The position numbers were made by a program, and so were the translations under genes. From the NCBI GenBank assembly GCA_039630485.1, contig JBCNUX010000002.1, forward strand, positions 8,273-72,272: a stretch of 64,000 nt of DNA, given 5' to 3'. The notes beneath the pieces were generated by a model. It made no database searches and was not told the DNA's origin. It saw only the letters and a list, made by a program, of their open reading frames with translations. This DNA comes from Chlorobiota bacterium. GTDB taxonomy: Bacteria > Bacteroidota > Ignavibacteria > Kapaibacteriales > HRBIN21. Of this stretch, positions 26,718-38,226 are shown piece by piece; within the stretch, counting starts at the first letter, position 1, and every line of letters begins with the position of its first letter.

Positions 26718-27847
26718 GATGGTCTCACAACGAACGTTGGATGCACCTTAGCCTCCAAGGAGTTCCAGCGCCCGATGTTGAGCAAGATGCCGGTTGCTGC
26801 TGCGGAGAAGAAGACGGAGCTCCCACCGTAACTCAGAAATGGCAGCGGGACTCCTGTGACGGGTAGCAAGCCGGTAGTGACTCCCATGTGGACGAGGGCG
26901 TAGACTGCTAGGGTTGCCGTGATGCAGAGAGCGGCAACCCGTCCAAAGGTGTCAGGACAGTGAAGAGCGATCCGGAGTCCGCGCCAGAGGATGAGCAAGA
27001 AGGCTCCTACGATGGCGGTAGTTCCCAAGAGGCCGTACTCCTCGCCAATGATGGCGAAGATGAAGTCGCTATAAGCTTCCGGCAGGAAGAGCTCCCGCTG
27101 TAGGCTTTGACCAGGCCCAACGCCAAACAGCCCTCCGTGGCCGAAGGCCAAGAGGGACTGTCGAGTCTGGTACGATATCTGCCCCTGCCACGAACCGAGG
27201 AAAGCCACAAGCCGCTGGAAGCGGTACGGTGCCGCCAAGACGTAGATCAGGAAGCCAGCTGCCCCAAGCCCCGCCAGCAGGGCTAGGGTGCGGATGCGTA
27301 CACCGACAGCAGCGAGTGCCAGGAATCCAAGGAAGGCAACCAACCCAGCCGCGGAAGCATTCGGCTGGGCAGCAATGAGGACCCAGCAGAGCACGAGCCA
27401 CAGAATAGCCCGCCGGACGGCAGGGTGGGCAAGGTCTAGAGGAGGCCCGGCTGAGCTCAGGCGAGCCGCGATCGCCAATGGCAAGGCATACTTGACGAAC
27501 TCTGAGGGCTGGAAGCGGAAGAACCCCAGCTCTAACCACCGTGTTGCCCCCTTGATGGGTTCTCCAACCACGAGCGTGAGGAGCAGTAGGCCGGCCCCTA
27601 TCCACAGCATCGGTCCCGCCCATCGGAGCCAGAAGTGGTAGTCCACGTTCAGCACAACGAGGATGACAGCAATGCTCAGTCCGGCCCGAAGGGCCTGTCG
27701 CCACAGGAAGTGGTGGCTCGAGCCAAATTTCCAGGCAGCCACAGAGGCACTTGCGCTGTAGACGAGAGCGATGCTGAAAAGCAGTAGTCCCACGACCGTC
27801 AGCAGCAGGAGCCAGTCTACCGATGTCTGGCCGAGCCGTAAGCGCAT
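26714..27847 (-). CDS. FtsW/RodA/SpoVE (SEDS) family peptidoglycan glycosyltransferase
   Basis: 377 aa and polytopic. SDFIFAIIGEEYGL and LPFLSYGGSS motifs are characteristic of SEDS proteins. Confidence 0.85.
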   Translation of the reverse strand: MRLRLGQTSVDWLLLLTVVGLLLFSIALVYSASASVAAWKFGSSHHFLWRQALRAGLSIAVILVVLNVDYHFWLRWAGPMLWIGAGLLLLTLVVGEPIKGATRWLELGFFRFQPSEFVKYALPLAIAARLSSAGPPLDLAHPAVRRAILWLVLCWVLIAAQPNASAAGLVAFLGFLALAAVGVRIRTLALLAGLGAAGFLIYVLAAPYRFQRLVAFLGSWQGQISYQTRQSLLAFGHGGLFGVGPGQSLQRELFLPEAYSDFIFAIIGEEYGLLGTTAIVGAFLLILWRGLRIALHCPDTFGRVAALCITATLAVYALVHMGVTTGLLPVTGVPLPFLSYGGSSVFFSAAATGILLNIGRWNSLEAKVHPTFVVRPS

Positions 27848-27851
27848 GGGA

Positions 27852-29957
<2,106 letters not shown>

Positions 29958-29981
29958 TCAAGCAGTTAGTAGGCCTGCAAG

Positions 29982-29989
29982 CAAAAATA
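29982..29989 (-). promoter_or_regulatory. Candidate -7 promoter box TATTTTTG for ligA
   Basis: Exact TAnnTTTG match on the minus strand, 33 nt upstream of the ATG at 29948. Confidence 0.55.
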
Positions 29990-30036
29990 CAGGGGTTAGG
30001 CACGACTGCAGTGACCGCAAGGGGTGGGGGACGGAG

Positions 30037-30044
30037 TAATTTTG
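30037..30044 (+). promoter_or_regulatory. Candidate -7 promoter box TAATTTTG for mlaE (predicts a leaderless or near-leaderless mRNA)
   Basis: Exact TAnnTTTG match, with only 7 nt between the box and the mlaE ATG at 30052. Confidence 0.5.
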
Positions 30045-30051
30045 CGCTGTC

Positions 30052-30828
30052 ATGAGACCCATTCGCTTCATCGGGCACTGGACGCTTCGCTTCTTGGCCG
30101 GACTCGGACGCATCCTACTACTGTTGGGAAGTGTGCTGAGGTATCTCCCCCGGGTGGTGAAAGACTGGCGCTTGGTGGTTCAGCAGATGGCAGTCTTCGG
30201 AGCAGATTCGCTTCCACTGGTGCTGCTCATCGGTGGCTTCACGGGAGCTATTGCAGCCCTGCAGGCGACGAACCTCTTCGACAAGTTTAACCTGCTGGCC
30301 CTAGCGCGCCCATACCTCGGAAGCTCCATTGCAACAGTCGTCTTCACGGAGCTGACCCCGGTGCTCACCGCCTTGGTCATTGCTGGGCGTGTCGGGGGGG
30401 CGATCGCTGCTCAGATCGGTACCATGGCCGTCTCTGAGCAGTTGGACGCTTTAGAGATCATGGCGATAGACCGGGATCGGTACTTAGGAATGCCACGTGT
30501 TGTGGCGGCGCTAACGATGATGCCGGTCTTAGCGGTGTTCTCCAACGTCATCGCAATCTTTGGAGCCTTGGCGCTGACGGTGCTGAAGTTTGATATCTCG
30601 CCGGCGCTCTTCTTCGAGTCCATCCAGCGATTCTTCCGGACGTCCGAGGTAGTGATAGGGTTGGTCAAATCGGCGGTGTTCGGTGGTGTGACCGCCCTCA
30701 TCGGCTGTGCTGAGGGCTTTGCTACAACGGGTGGGGCTGAAGGGGTGGGACGGAGTACCGTCCGAGCTTTCACAACGTCTGCAGCGACGATCCTGGTGCT
30801 GGATGCTCTGTTTGGATATGTGCTGTAA
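30052..30828 (+). CDS. mlaE: MlaE-family ABC transporter permease (phospholipid/organic-solvent-tolerance type)
   Basis: 258 aa. Length, TM layout and GADSLPLVLLIGGFTGAIAALQ / EQLDALEIMAID motifs fit MlaE/Ttg2B. No mlaF or mlaD adjacent. Confidence 0.85.
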   Translation: MRPIRFIGHWTLRFLAGLGRILLLLGSVLRYLPRVVKDWRLVVQQMAVFGADSLPLVLLIGGFTGAIAALQATNLFDKFNLLALARPYLGSSIATVVFTELTPVLTALVIAGRVGGAIAAQIGTMAVSEQLDALEIMAIDRDRYLGMPRVVAALTMMPVLAVFSNVIAIFGALALTVLKFDISPALFFESIQRFFRTSEVVIGLVKSAVFGGVTALIGCAEGFATTGGAEGVGRSTVRAFTTSAATILVLDALFGYVL

Positions 30829-30848
30829 CCTAGGGAAGAGGACGCGGG

Positions 30849-31535
30849 ATGCCAATTGGGGACCTCCCTAAAGCGTTCCCTCGACGTCTGCGGCACCACG
30901 GGAGTCCTTACCTCTACATCCCGCTGCACCAGCTTCGCATCCGTCCGCCCGGATATCCTCCAGTGCCGGAACGGTTAGAGTGGAGCCAGCTCTTCGCTTC
31001 TGGAGAACCTCCGCTCAACCTGGATGTCGGCTGTGGTGAGGGGAGCTTTCTGCGGGAGTTCGCTCGTCAGCATCCGCAGGAGAACATCTTGGGGATAGAG
31101 GTACGCAGGGTGTTGGTGGAACAGCTCTCGGAGATGCTTCACCGAGAGGGACTTCCAAACGCTGCAGTACTCTGGTACAGCATCGTCAACGGTCTGCCGT
31201 TCATAGACGATGGCAGTGTGGCCCGCATCTTCGTGCTGTTTCCCGATCCATGGCCGAAGAAGCGGCACCACAAGCGGCGAATGCTGACTCCCTTCGTGCT
31301 GCAGGAGTTCGCGCGGGTCTTGCGCCCCGATGGGCTTCTGTATATCGCCACAGATTTCCCCGCACTGGATGAGCACCATCGCCAAGTGCTGCAGGATACT
31401 GGCTACTTCGATTACGAGTACGTCACAGACGACGCTGACTGGGGGCTGCCCCTGACGGACCGTGAGGAATCTTGCCGCCGCCGTGGGATCCCGTACGTTC
31501 GGATGCGTTGCTGGAAGCGATGCCCAGTGGACTGA
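30849..31535 (+). CDS. trmB: tRNA (guanine46-N7)-methyltransferase
   Basis: LDVGCGEGSFL SAM motif and the FPDPWPKKRHHKRR signature. Confidence 0.9.
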   Translation: MPIGDLPKAFPRRLRHHGSPYLYIPLHQLRIRPPGYPPVPERLEWSQLFASGEPPLNLDVGCGEGSFLREFARQHPQENILGIEVRRVLVEQLSEMLHREGLPNAAVLWYSIVNGLPFIDDGSVARIFVLFPDPWPKKRHHKRRMLTPFVLQEFARVLRPDGLLYIATDFPALDEHHRQVLQDTGYFDYEYVTDDADWGLPLTDREESCRRRGIPYVRMRCWKRCPVD

Positions 31536-32104
31536 CGGCAGAGCTGGTGCTGGTAGCTTACCAACATGGCTACTTCCCGATGGCTGATCCCGAGACACGG
31601 GAGGTCTTCTTCTACTCGCCCGATCCCAGAGCCATCATTCCGCTGGATGGCGTCAGCATCTCCCGATCACTACGGCAGACTTTACGGAGAGGGGACTACG
31701 AGGTTCGCTTCAACACAGCCTTTGAGGCCGTCATCCGTGGCTGTGCTGAGCGTCCCCAGTCTTGGATTTCGGAAGAGCTCATCGCTGTCTACGCGGAGCT
31801 CCATGCAATGGGGTTTGCCCACTCTGTGGAAGCTTGGTACGGTGACCTGTTGGCAGGCGGACTCTATGGGGTCGCACTCGGAGGGGCTTTTTTCGGGGAG
31901 TCCATGTTCACGCGCCGCCCAGATGCTTCCAAAGTTGCGTTCGTAGCCTTGGTGGAGCGGTTGCGACAGCGTGGGTTTGTGCTGTTGGATGCACAGTACA
32001 GCAACCCCCATACCCAACGCTTAGGGGCGCTTGAAATTCCGCGGAGTGAGTACCTGCGGCGACTCGAGTGTGCGCTGCGACTTCGGTGCCGATTCGCCGA
32101 CTGA
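31520..32104 (+). CDS. aat: Leucyl/phenylalanyl-tRNA--protein transferase
   Basis: LVAYQHGYFPM, WISEELIAVYAELH..G.AHSVE and GESMF motifs. Start set to ATG at 31520, a 16-nt overlap with trmB. Confidence 0.9.
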   Translation: MPSGLTAELVLVAYQHGYFPMADPETREVFFYSPDPRAIIPLDGVSISRSLRQTLRRGDYEVRFNTAFEAVIRGCAERPQSWISEELIAVYAELHAMGFAHSVEAWYGDLLAGGLYGVALGGAFFGESMFTRRPDASKVAFVALVERLRQRGFVLLDAQYSNPHTQRLGALEIPRSEYLRRLECALRLRCRFAD

Positions 32105-33382
32105 GGATGCTTTTTGCCACCGCCAGCGATGCCGCCACGACGGCACGAGTGGACGTTCCTCTTGCCACGCCAGAGATGGTAGAGACCACTCTGCTGGGCG
32201 TTCGCCGATGAGCGGCTCTGGAACGTACTCGCCGTAGATCTTGCCTAGCCACCGTGCTGTCTGCAAGCTGTCGTCGTAGAGGACAAGCTCGACTCTGTCA
32301 GCGCTGTTTCGGAAGAGGCCCGCTGGGACGCCGTCCGAATCGTAGTGCCAATACACCGTTCGGGTGTTCCCAACGGCATGCAGCTCGGCAAGGGAGTCGC
32401 TTAGCCGGCGGAGGCTGACGGAATCAGCCTTTAGCTGGTGCATGCGTAGGGTCGTGTCAATGCGGATGCGCAGTCGAGCGTTTCCGTAGCCATGCAGGAT
32501 CGAGAATTGCCCTCCTTGGAGGAACACAGCGATGCTGTCGGCTTTGAGCTCCGCCGCGCCATACCAGACAGTGGGGTCGCCACTCAATGTGACGTGTCCC
32601 GAGTCCTCCTCCCACAGCACTCTACTTGCTCGGGCGGCCCAGAGGGTATCCCGCACGATGCTTGCCGACCCTTCAGCTCGTAGGTGGTTCCCTGTGCTGT
32701 CTCGCCGGAGGAGTATGGTCGCTGCTGTGAGCCAAACGGTGTCGTGGGCTGCCGTATCCAATTGCCGAAGGATGGCGGAGCCGGCCAGACGTATCTGACT
32801 GCTCTGCGGCAAGTACGTTATGGTGTCGGCTTCGGCTGAAAGATGTCCTGAAGGGCTTTCAGCATACCCTCCGCCCCAAGAGTGGGAGACTCCGGTAGCG
32901 CGGTGATAGCGCAAAGTATCGGTCCAGAGAGTTACCGTCTCATCTCGGTAGAGCACGTCTGTGACGAGGAGAAGCTCTCGCTGAGCGATGTTGTAGAAGC
33001 CCCACCGAGCCCGAACGGAACGACTGTCCTGGCGGATTTCCGCCCCTTGTTCAGCAACAGCCGTAGCTGCTGCGGGATCGTAGATGATGAGAGGGGCGGT
33101 AATTCGGAGCCCGTCCTGCTCCAGACGGACATTGTGTCGTAGGACGACGAGGCCAGTAGCGATGTACTGCAGGGCCGTGCCACAGCGGAGGGTAGCGTTC
33201 CCTTGTTGGAGCCACACGTTGCCGATGAGCTCTCGCACGTCTCCGCTATCTGACGGCCGTACGGCGAAGGCATCAGCGTGGTGGAGGATGACTGGTAAGG
33301 GCGGTCCGATGGGACGATCCTGACCATAGAGCGCCGGAGAGAGGAGCAGAAGGAGTCCTATGCTGCCTGTTCGCAACCGCAC
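32021..33382 (-). CDS. OstA/LptA-fold repeat protein, exported (function unknown)
   Basis: Signal peptide RLRTGSIGLLLLLSPALYGQ from a GTG at 33382. The pattern ADAFAV...LIGNVWLQQGNATLRCGTA...RHNVRLEQDGLRITA resembles OstA-like N-terminal domains and recurs along the protein. The last 28 codons overlap aat on the other strand. Confidence 0.5.
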   Translation of the reverse strand: MRLRTGSIGLLLLLSPALYGQDRPIGPPLPVILHHADAFAVRPSDSGDVRELIGNVWLQQGNATLRCGTALQYIATGLVVLRHNVRLEQDGLRITAPLIIYDPAAATAVAEQGAEIRQDSRSVRARWGFYNIAQRELLLVTDVLYRDETVTLWTDTLRYHRATGVSHSWGGGYAESPSGHLSAEADTITYLPQSSQIRLAGSAILRQLDTAAHDTVWLTAATILLRRDSTGNHLRAEGSASIVRDTLWAARASRVLWEEDSGHVTLSGDPTVWYGAAELKADSIAVFLQGGQFSILHGYGNARLRIRIDTTLRMHQLKADSVSLRRLSDSLAELHAVGNTRTVYWHYDSDGVPAGLFRNSADRVELVLYDDSLQTARWLGKIYGEYVPEPLIGERPAEWSLPSLAWQEERPLVPSWRHRWRWQKASSVGESAPKSQRTLESPQVLTPRNFKRP

Positions 33383-34653
33383 AGTCGCTCTACTACGGGC
33401 AGTGCTTCCCCAACTACGTAGAAGGAGCCAACGATGAGCGTCGGACATTCCCGTTCCCATGCCCGTCGGGCAGCCTCCGCAACACTCGGAATAACCTCAA
33501 TCGAGGAGAACCCACAACGGGAGGCCACAGTTGCCAACTGCTCTGCTGGCACAGCCCGCTCCGTTGCAGGGGAGCAAGCAATCAAGTGGCTAGTGTGGGG
33601 GGCCAAAAGGCGGAGCATGCTCTCGTAGTCTTTGTCGGCCATAGCTCCGAAGACGAGCTGCCAGCGTGTCGAGGAGTAGCCATGGAGGTCCAACGCTTGC
33701 AGTAGGGCAGAGATTCCACCAGGATTATGGGCGACGTCTACAACGAGCGGTGGAGAGAGACGTAGAGGTTCTATGCGTGCTCGGAGACCTCCCCATTGAC
33801 GGACGTGCCGGAGCCCTTCTGCAAGGGCTGCTCCCTCAACGGGAAACATTGGGGCTAAGAGCTCTCGGATGGATAAGACGATCGCTAAGTTCCACGCTTG
33901 GTGCTCGCCAGCAAGCGGAAGTACGAGCTCCCCAATCTCGGGCAGGAATACAAGCTGTTCCAGCGTTGGGAGGGCCTGGAGGCGCTTTGGCACTGCTTGC
34001 GGGATGACGACTTGGCGTGCCTGGGCTTCGTAGGCCCACTGAGTTAAGAGCCCGCGGAGTCGTGGATCGCGCTCGCCGATGACGACGGCACTATCAGGCT
34101 TGACGATGCCAATCTTCTGCCAGGCAATCTCTTCGAGCGTGGAGCCCAAAAACTGCTGGTGGTCGTAGTCGATGCTCGTGACAACAGCAACAGCGGAAGA
34201 GATGACGTTTGTAGCGTCGTACCGTCCGCCCATACCGACTTCCACGACGGCGATGTCGATTCCGTGCTCGGCGAAGAGTTGAAAGGCCAGGGCCGTGGTG
34301 ACTTCGAAGAAGGTAGCCCCAAGGCTCTCGGCCGTTTCCAGCAGCGGAGGAAGCCATTCTGCAATGGCTTCGTCAGATGCTGGAATCCCACCGATGCGGA
34401 TGCGTTCCGAGAAGTGACACACATGCGGCGACGTGTAGAGTCCAACGCGGTAGCCTTGGGCCTGCAGGATGGAAGCCGTCATAGCGCAAACGCTTCCCTT
34501 CCCGTTCGTCCCCGTTACGTGGATGGACGGGTAGCGGTGATGGGGGTTACCAAGCCGGTCCAGCAGGGCTGTTATCCGATCCAATCCCGGGCGAATGCCA
34601 AAGCGATGGAGTCGGTAGAGGCGCTGGAGTAGGGTGGAGAGAGTAGCGGACAT
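33358..34653 (-). CDS. folC: Bifunctional folylpolyglutamate synthase / dihydrofolate synthase
   Basis: P-loop HVTGTNGKGS and a Mur-ligase-like layout. Start set to ATG at 34653; the ORF-track start at 34677 is a GTG. Confidence 0.9.
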   Translation of the reverse strand: MSATLSTLLQRLYRLHRFGIRPGLDRITALLDRLGNPHHRYPSIHVTGTNGKGSVCAMTASILQAQGYRVGLYTSPHVCHFSERIRIGGIPASDEAIAEWLPPLLETAESLGATFFEVTTALAFQLFAEHGIDIAVVEVGMGGRYDATNVISSAVAVVTSIDYDHQQFLGSTLEEIAWQKIGIVKPDSAVVIGERDPRLRGLLTQWAYEAQARQVVIPQAVPKRLQALPTLEQLVFLPEIGELVLPLAGEHQAWNLAIVLSIRELLAPMFPVEGAALAEGLRHVRQWGGLRARIEPLRLSPPLVVDVAHNPGGISALLQALDLHGYSSTRWQLVFGAMADKDYESMLRLLAPHTSHLIACSPATERAVPAEQLATVASRCGFSSIEVIPSVAEAARRAWERECPTLIVGSFYVVGEALPVVERLCGCEQAA

Positions 34654-34684
34654 TTCGCTCGCTAGTAAGCTCTGCACAGGCTTG

Positions 34685-34692
34685 CGAAATTA
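34685..34692 (-). promoter_or_regulatory. Candidate variant -7 box TAATTTCG for folC
   Basis: One mismatch to TAnnTTTG. Lies 31 nt upstream of the ATG at 34653. Confidence 0.35.
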
Positions 34693-34729
34693 CCGTAGGG
34701 GTTGCTGCAGGGGGCTCGTCGGCAAGTTG

Positions 34730-34737
34730 TAATTTTG
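34730..34737 (+). promoter_or_regulatory. Candidate -7 promoter box TAATTTTG for tRNA-Pro (and probably nadE)
   Basis: Exact TAnnTTTG match, 21 nt upstream of the tRNA 5' end. Confidence 0.55.
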
Positions 34738-34758
34738 TTTACCTGCTCCAGCATAGGT

Positions 34759-34832
<74 letters not shown>

Positions 34833-34854
34833 CATAGGAGTAAGAAGCGGGTAG

Positions 34855-36816
34855 ATGCGTTTCCCGCTGCATGCCTACGGTTTCCTGCGGCTTGCCGTCG
34901 TCTCCCCTGAGCTCCGAGTGGCAGATGTCTCCTACAACGTTAGCCGCATCGTAGAGGCACTCCGTGTCGCTGCCCATGAGGGCGCACACATTGCGCTCTT
35001 TCCAGAGCTGAGTCTGACGGGCTATACGTGTGGGGATCTCTTCTACGAAGCCGCTCTGCGTCGTGCTGCGTGGGAGGGACTCCAAGAGCTGCTGCCAGTC
35101 ACGCAGGAGCTGGAGCTCGTTGCCGTCGTGGGGTTACCGATAGAGCTCGGGGGACGTCTCTTCAACTGCGCAGCAGTGCTGGCACAGGGCCGCCTGGCAG
35201 GTTGTATCCCGAAGACGTACCTGCCGAACTACGGGGAATTCTATGAGCGGCGCTGGTTTGCCTCTGCGATGGAGTGCCCCCATACCACCCTCCCCGCGGA
35301 AGGGGTAGAGGTTCCCTTTGGGACGGACCTCCTTTTCCCCGTGGAGAATCTGCCGGGTGCGGTCCTTGGGGTAGAACTCTGCGAGGACCTCTGGGTGCCG
35401 CAGCCTCCAAGCGGGGATATGGCCGTAGCGGGGGCAACGGTGATTCTAAATCTCTCCGCTAGTAACGAGGTGCTTGGAAAGGCTGCTTACCGACGGCTGC
35501 TGGTGCAGTCTCAGTCAGGGCGTTGCATTGCTGCTTACGCCTATGTCTCCGCTGGGGCATGGGAGTCCACAACAGATCTGGTCTTCGCTGGGCATAGTCT
35601 TGTTGCGGAGAACGGCATCCTGTTAGCGGAGAGTGAACGGTTCACTTTCCGTCGGCAGGTCATCCTCGTGGATGTAGATGTCGAGCGTCTCGTCCACGAC
35701 CGCCTGACGAATACGACTTTCACGGCCTCGCAGCCGAGGCGGAACTACCGTCTTGCTCCTATTCGAGTTGCAGAACGGTGGGCAGAGCGGTTGTTCCGGC
35801 CGCTCTCTGCAACCCCGTTCGTACCAGCAGAGGAGCATGAGCGAGGACGCCGGGCAGAGGAGATCTTCACCCTTCAGACGCGCGGGCTGGCCCGACGGCT
35901 CCTCTACCTGGGGGAGAACGTAGGTGTCGTCGTCGGAGTCTCGGGAGGCCTAGACTCCACATTGGCGCTGTTGGTCTGCACTGCTACAATGGACCTCCTT
36001 GGGCGAGAGAGAACCCGAGTCCACGCTGTCTCTATGCCTGGTCCCGGCTCCACCCAGCGGACCCAGCGGAACGCACAGCGATTGGCCCAAGCCTTGGGGG
36101 TGACGCTGCATGTCATTCCCATTACGGAAGCCGTCCACCAGCATCTGCGTGCTATCGGGCATCCGGAGGAGGTGCTGGACGTCACGTACGAGAATGTCCA
36201 GGCTCGTGAGCGCACTCAAATTCTTTTCGACCTGGCCAACCGACTCGGCGCGTTGGTGGTGGGGACGAGCGACCTTTCGGAGTTAGCATTGGGTTGGTCC
36301 ACATACGGTGGGGACCATCTCTCCGCCTATGGGGTCAACGCGGGCCTGCCCAAGACGTTGGTGCGTTACGTCGTGGAGTGGTGTGCACGTACCCTCTTTT
36401 CGGGAGAAGTCGCAGAGATTCTGTACGACATCCTCTCCACGCCGATCTCTCCAGAACTACTCCCGCCAGCCGATGGGGACCGGATTCGGCAGCAGACGGA
36501 ACAAGTCCTGGGGCCGCTGGAGGTTCACGATTTCATTCTCTTCCACATGGTGCGCTACCATTTCTCGCCGCGCAAGATTTTCCTGCTAGCCCGATTGGCT
36601 TTTGGCAAGCGGTATCGAGAGGAGCAGCTCTTGGAGTGGATGCGCCTCTTCTACCAGCGCTTCTTTGCCAACCAGTTCAAGCGCTCGTGTTTGCCCGATG
36701 GACCGAAGGTTGGGACAGTTGCCCTTTCGCCTCGTGGAGACTGGCGCATGCCGAGCGACGCAGAGGCTGCCGTATGGCTGGCGGAGATAGCGGCTCTGCA
36801 GCCGGAGACGGTCTGA
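34855..36816 (+). CDS. nadE: Glutamine-dependent NAD+ synthase (CN-hydrolase domain plus NAD synthetase domain)
   Basis: 653 aa. N-terminal nitrilase-like domain (FPELSLTGY, LGVELCEDLW). C-terminal PP-loop VVGVSGGLDSTLAL. AGGAG lies 14 nt upstream of the ATG. Confidence 0.93.
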   Translation: MRFPLHAYGFLRLAVVSPELRVADVSYNVSRIVEALRVAAHEGAHIALFPELSLTGYTCGDLFYEAALRRAAWEGLQELLPVTQELELVAVVGLPIELGGRLFNCAAVLAQGRLAGCIPKTYLPNYGEFYERRWFASAMECPHTTLPAEGVEVPFGTDLLFPVENLPGAVLGVELCEDLWVPQPPSGDMAVAGATVILNLSASNEVLGKAAYRRLLVQSQSGRCIAAYAYVSAGAWESTTDLVFAGHSLVAENGILLAESERFTFRRQVILVDVDVERLVHDRLTNTTFTASQPRRNYRLAPIRVAERWAERLFRPLSATPFVPAEEHERGRRAEEIFTLQTRGLARRLLYLGENVGVVVGVSGGLDSTLALLVCTATMDLLGRERTRVHAVSMPGPGSTQRTQRNAQRLAQALGVTLHVIPITEAVHQHLRAIGHPEEVLDVTYENVQARERTQILFDLANRLGALVVGTSDLSELALGWSTYGGDHLSAYGVNAGLPKTLVRYVVEWCARTLFSGEVAEILYDILSTPISPELLPPADGDRIRQQTEQVLGPLEVHDFILFHMVRYHFSPRKIFLLARLAFGKRYREEQLLEWMRLFYQRFFANQFKRSCLPDGPKVGTVALSPRGDWRMPSDAEAAVWLAEIAALQPETV

Positions 36817-36818
36817 AG

Positions 36819-37649
36819 CTATTCCCGAAGGGCTCCCGAGAGGATACCGCGTAGGAAAGTCTTGCGGAAAGCCAAGAAGAGCACGAGCGCCGGCAGGGCA
36901 GCAATTGCGGCGCCTGCCATGAGATGACCCCAGTCCACGGTCTGCTTGCTGATGTAGAACGCAAGCCCTACGGGTAGCGTTCGCCGCGCCTCCGATTGGG
37001 TGAACAGGAAGGGAAAGAGGAAGGCGTTCCAGTGGCTCAGGAACGTCGTTAACCCCACCATGAGGAGGACAGGCCGTGCCAGCGGGAAGACGATACGAAA
37101 GAGAATAGCCCATGGTCCGGCTCCGTCTAGCCGAGCGGCGTCCTCTATGTCTGGCGGGAGAGCTGCAATGTATTGCCGAACCATGAAGATGCTCAGTCCG
37201 GTGACGAGCCATGGGATGATGAGCGCCCAGTAGGTATCAATCCAGCCAAGAGCGACCATCAGTCGGTAGAGGGGGAGCATGAGGACATGGGCAGGGATGA
37301 GCAGTACAGCAAGCACAGACGCCTCTACGACGGGTTTACCAGGGAAACGATACCGTGCTAGTGCGTAGCCAGCCATGAAGCCAAAGAGGAGGTTTCCGGC
37401 CGTAACCGCTGTGGAGACGAGAAGGGAGTTGAGGACGTACTGGCCAACGGCAGTGGTGCTCAAGAGGTTGATGTAGTTCTCCAGCGTGAGCGGTGCCGCC
37501 AGTAGCTCCCCAAGGGTGCTGTACTGCTCTGGATAGCGCCGTAAGGAAAGCAGCACCATCCAGCCAAAGGGAAAGAGCATACTCAAAGCGACCCATCCAA
37601 GCAGGGCGTAGAGTCCTGCCCTAGGGAGCCACGTAGAGCCGATGCGCAT
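36819..37649 (-). CDS. Carbohydrate-type ABC transporter permease (MalG/CUT1 family), orphan
   Basis: Six TM segments and the EAA loop IEDAARLDGAGPWAILFRIVFPLARP. Start set to ATG at 37649. No partner permease, binding protein or ATPase in the window. Confidence 0.8.
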   Translation of the reverse strand: MRIGSTWLPRAGLYALLGWVALSMLFPFGWMVLLSLRRYPEQYSTLGELLAAPLTLENYINLLSTTAVGQYVLNSLLVSTAVTAGNLLFGFMAGYALARYRFPGKPVVEASVLAVLLIPAHVLMLPLYRLMVALGWIDTYWALIIPWLVTGLSIFMVRQYIAALPPDIEDAARLDGAGPWAILFRIVFPLARPVLLMVGLTTFLSHWNAFLFPFLFTQSEARRTLPVGLAFYISKQTVDWGHLMAGAAIAALPALVLFLAFRKTFLRGILSGALRE

Positions 37650-38226
37650 AGATGTAGTCTCGGACGGTATCTGGAACGACGTAGCGGATGGAGAGGCCAC
37701 GTGCTAAACGAGAACGAATGTCGGTGGAAGAGATGGCCAGCAAGGGTACCTCCAAGATGATGGCCTCCAAGAGGCCAAGCGTCATCAGGTGTTGGCGTAA
37801 CTCGGATTCGTCCACCCCAGGACGTGGGGCGATGCAGAGCCGGACCTGCTGGGCGATTTCACGCCAACGATGCCAAAGGTGGAACTCCATCGCCTGATCG
37901 GCCCCTAAGAGAAGGAAGAGCTCTGCTGTAGAGAATCTCTGTCGGAATTCGGCAATCGTGTCCACCGTATACGAAATCCCTCCTCGGCGGATTTCGCAGG
38001 CCTCAGTGCAGAACCGTGGATGCTCTCTCGTGGCGAGCTGTACCATAGCGAGTCGGTGTTCAGCCGGTGCCAATTCGGAGTTGGCGGATGGCTTGAGCGG
38101 CGGATGAGCTGCGGGGACGAAATAGCAGCTCTCGAGTCCGAGTTGTTCCACGAATCGGTCCGCAACGACAAGGTGGGCGATGTGGATCGGGTTGAAACTG
38201 CCACCGAAGATGCCGATTCGCGGCAT
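37621..38226 (-). CDS. nadD: Nicotinate-nucleotide adenylyltransferase
   Basis: IGIFGGSFNPIHIAHL (GxFxPxHxxH) and ISSTDIR motifs. The start codon directly abuts the nuoF stop. Confidence 0.9.
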   Translation of the reverse strand: MPRIGIFGGSFNPIHIAHLVVADRFVEQLGLESCYFVPAAHPPLKPSANSELAPAEHRLAMVQLATREHPRFCTEACEIRRGGISYTVDTIAEFRQRFSTAELFLLLGADQAMEFHLWHRWREIAQQVRLCIAPRPGVDESELRQHLMTLGLLEAIILEVPLLAISSTDIRSRLARGLSIRYVVPDTVRDYIYAHRLYVAP

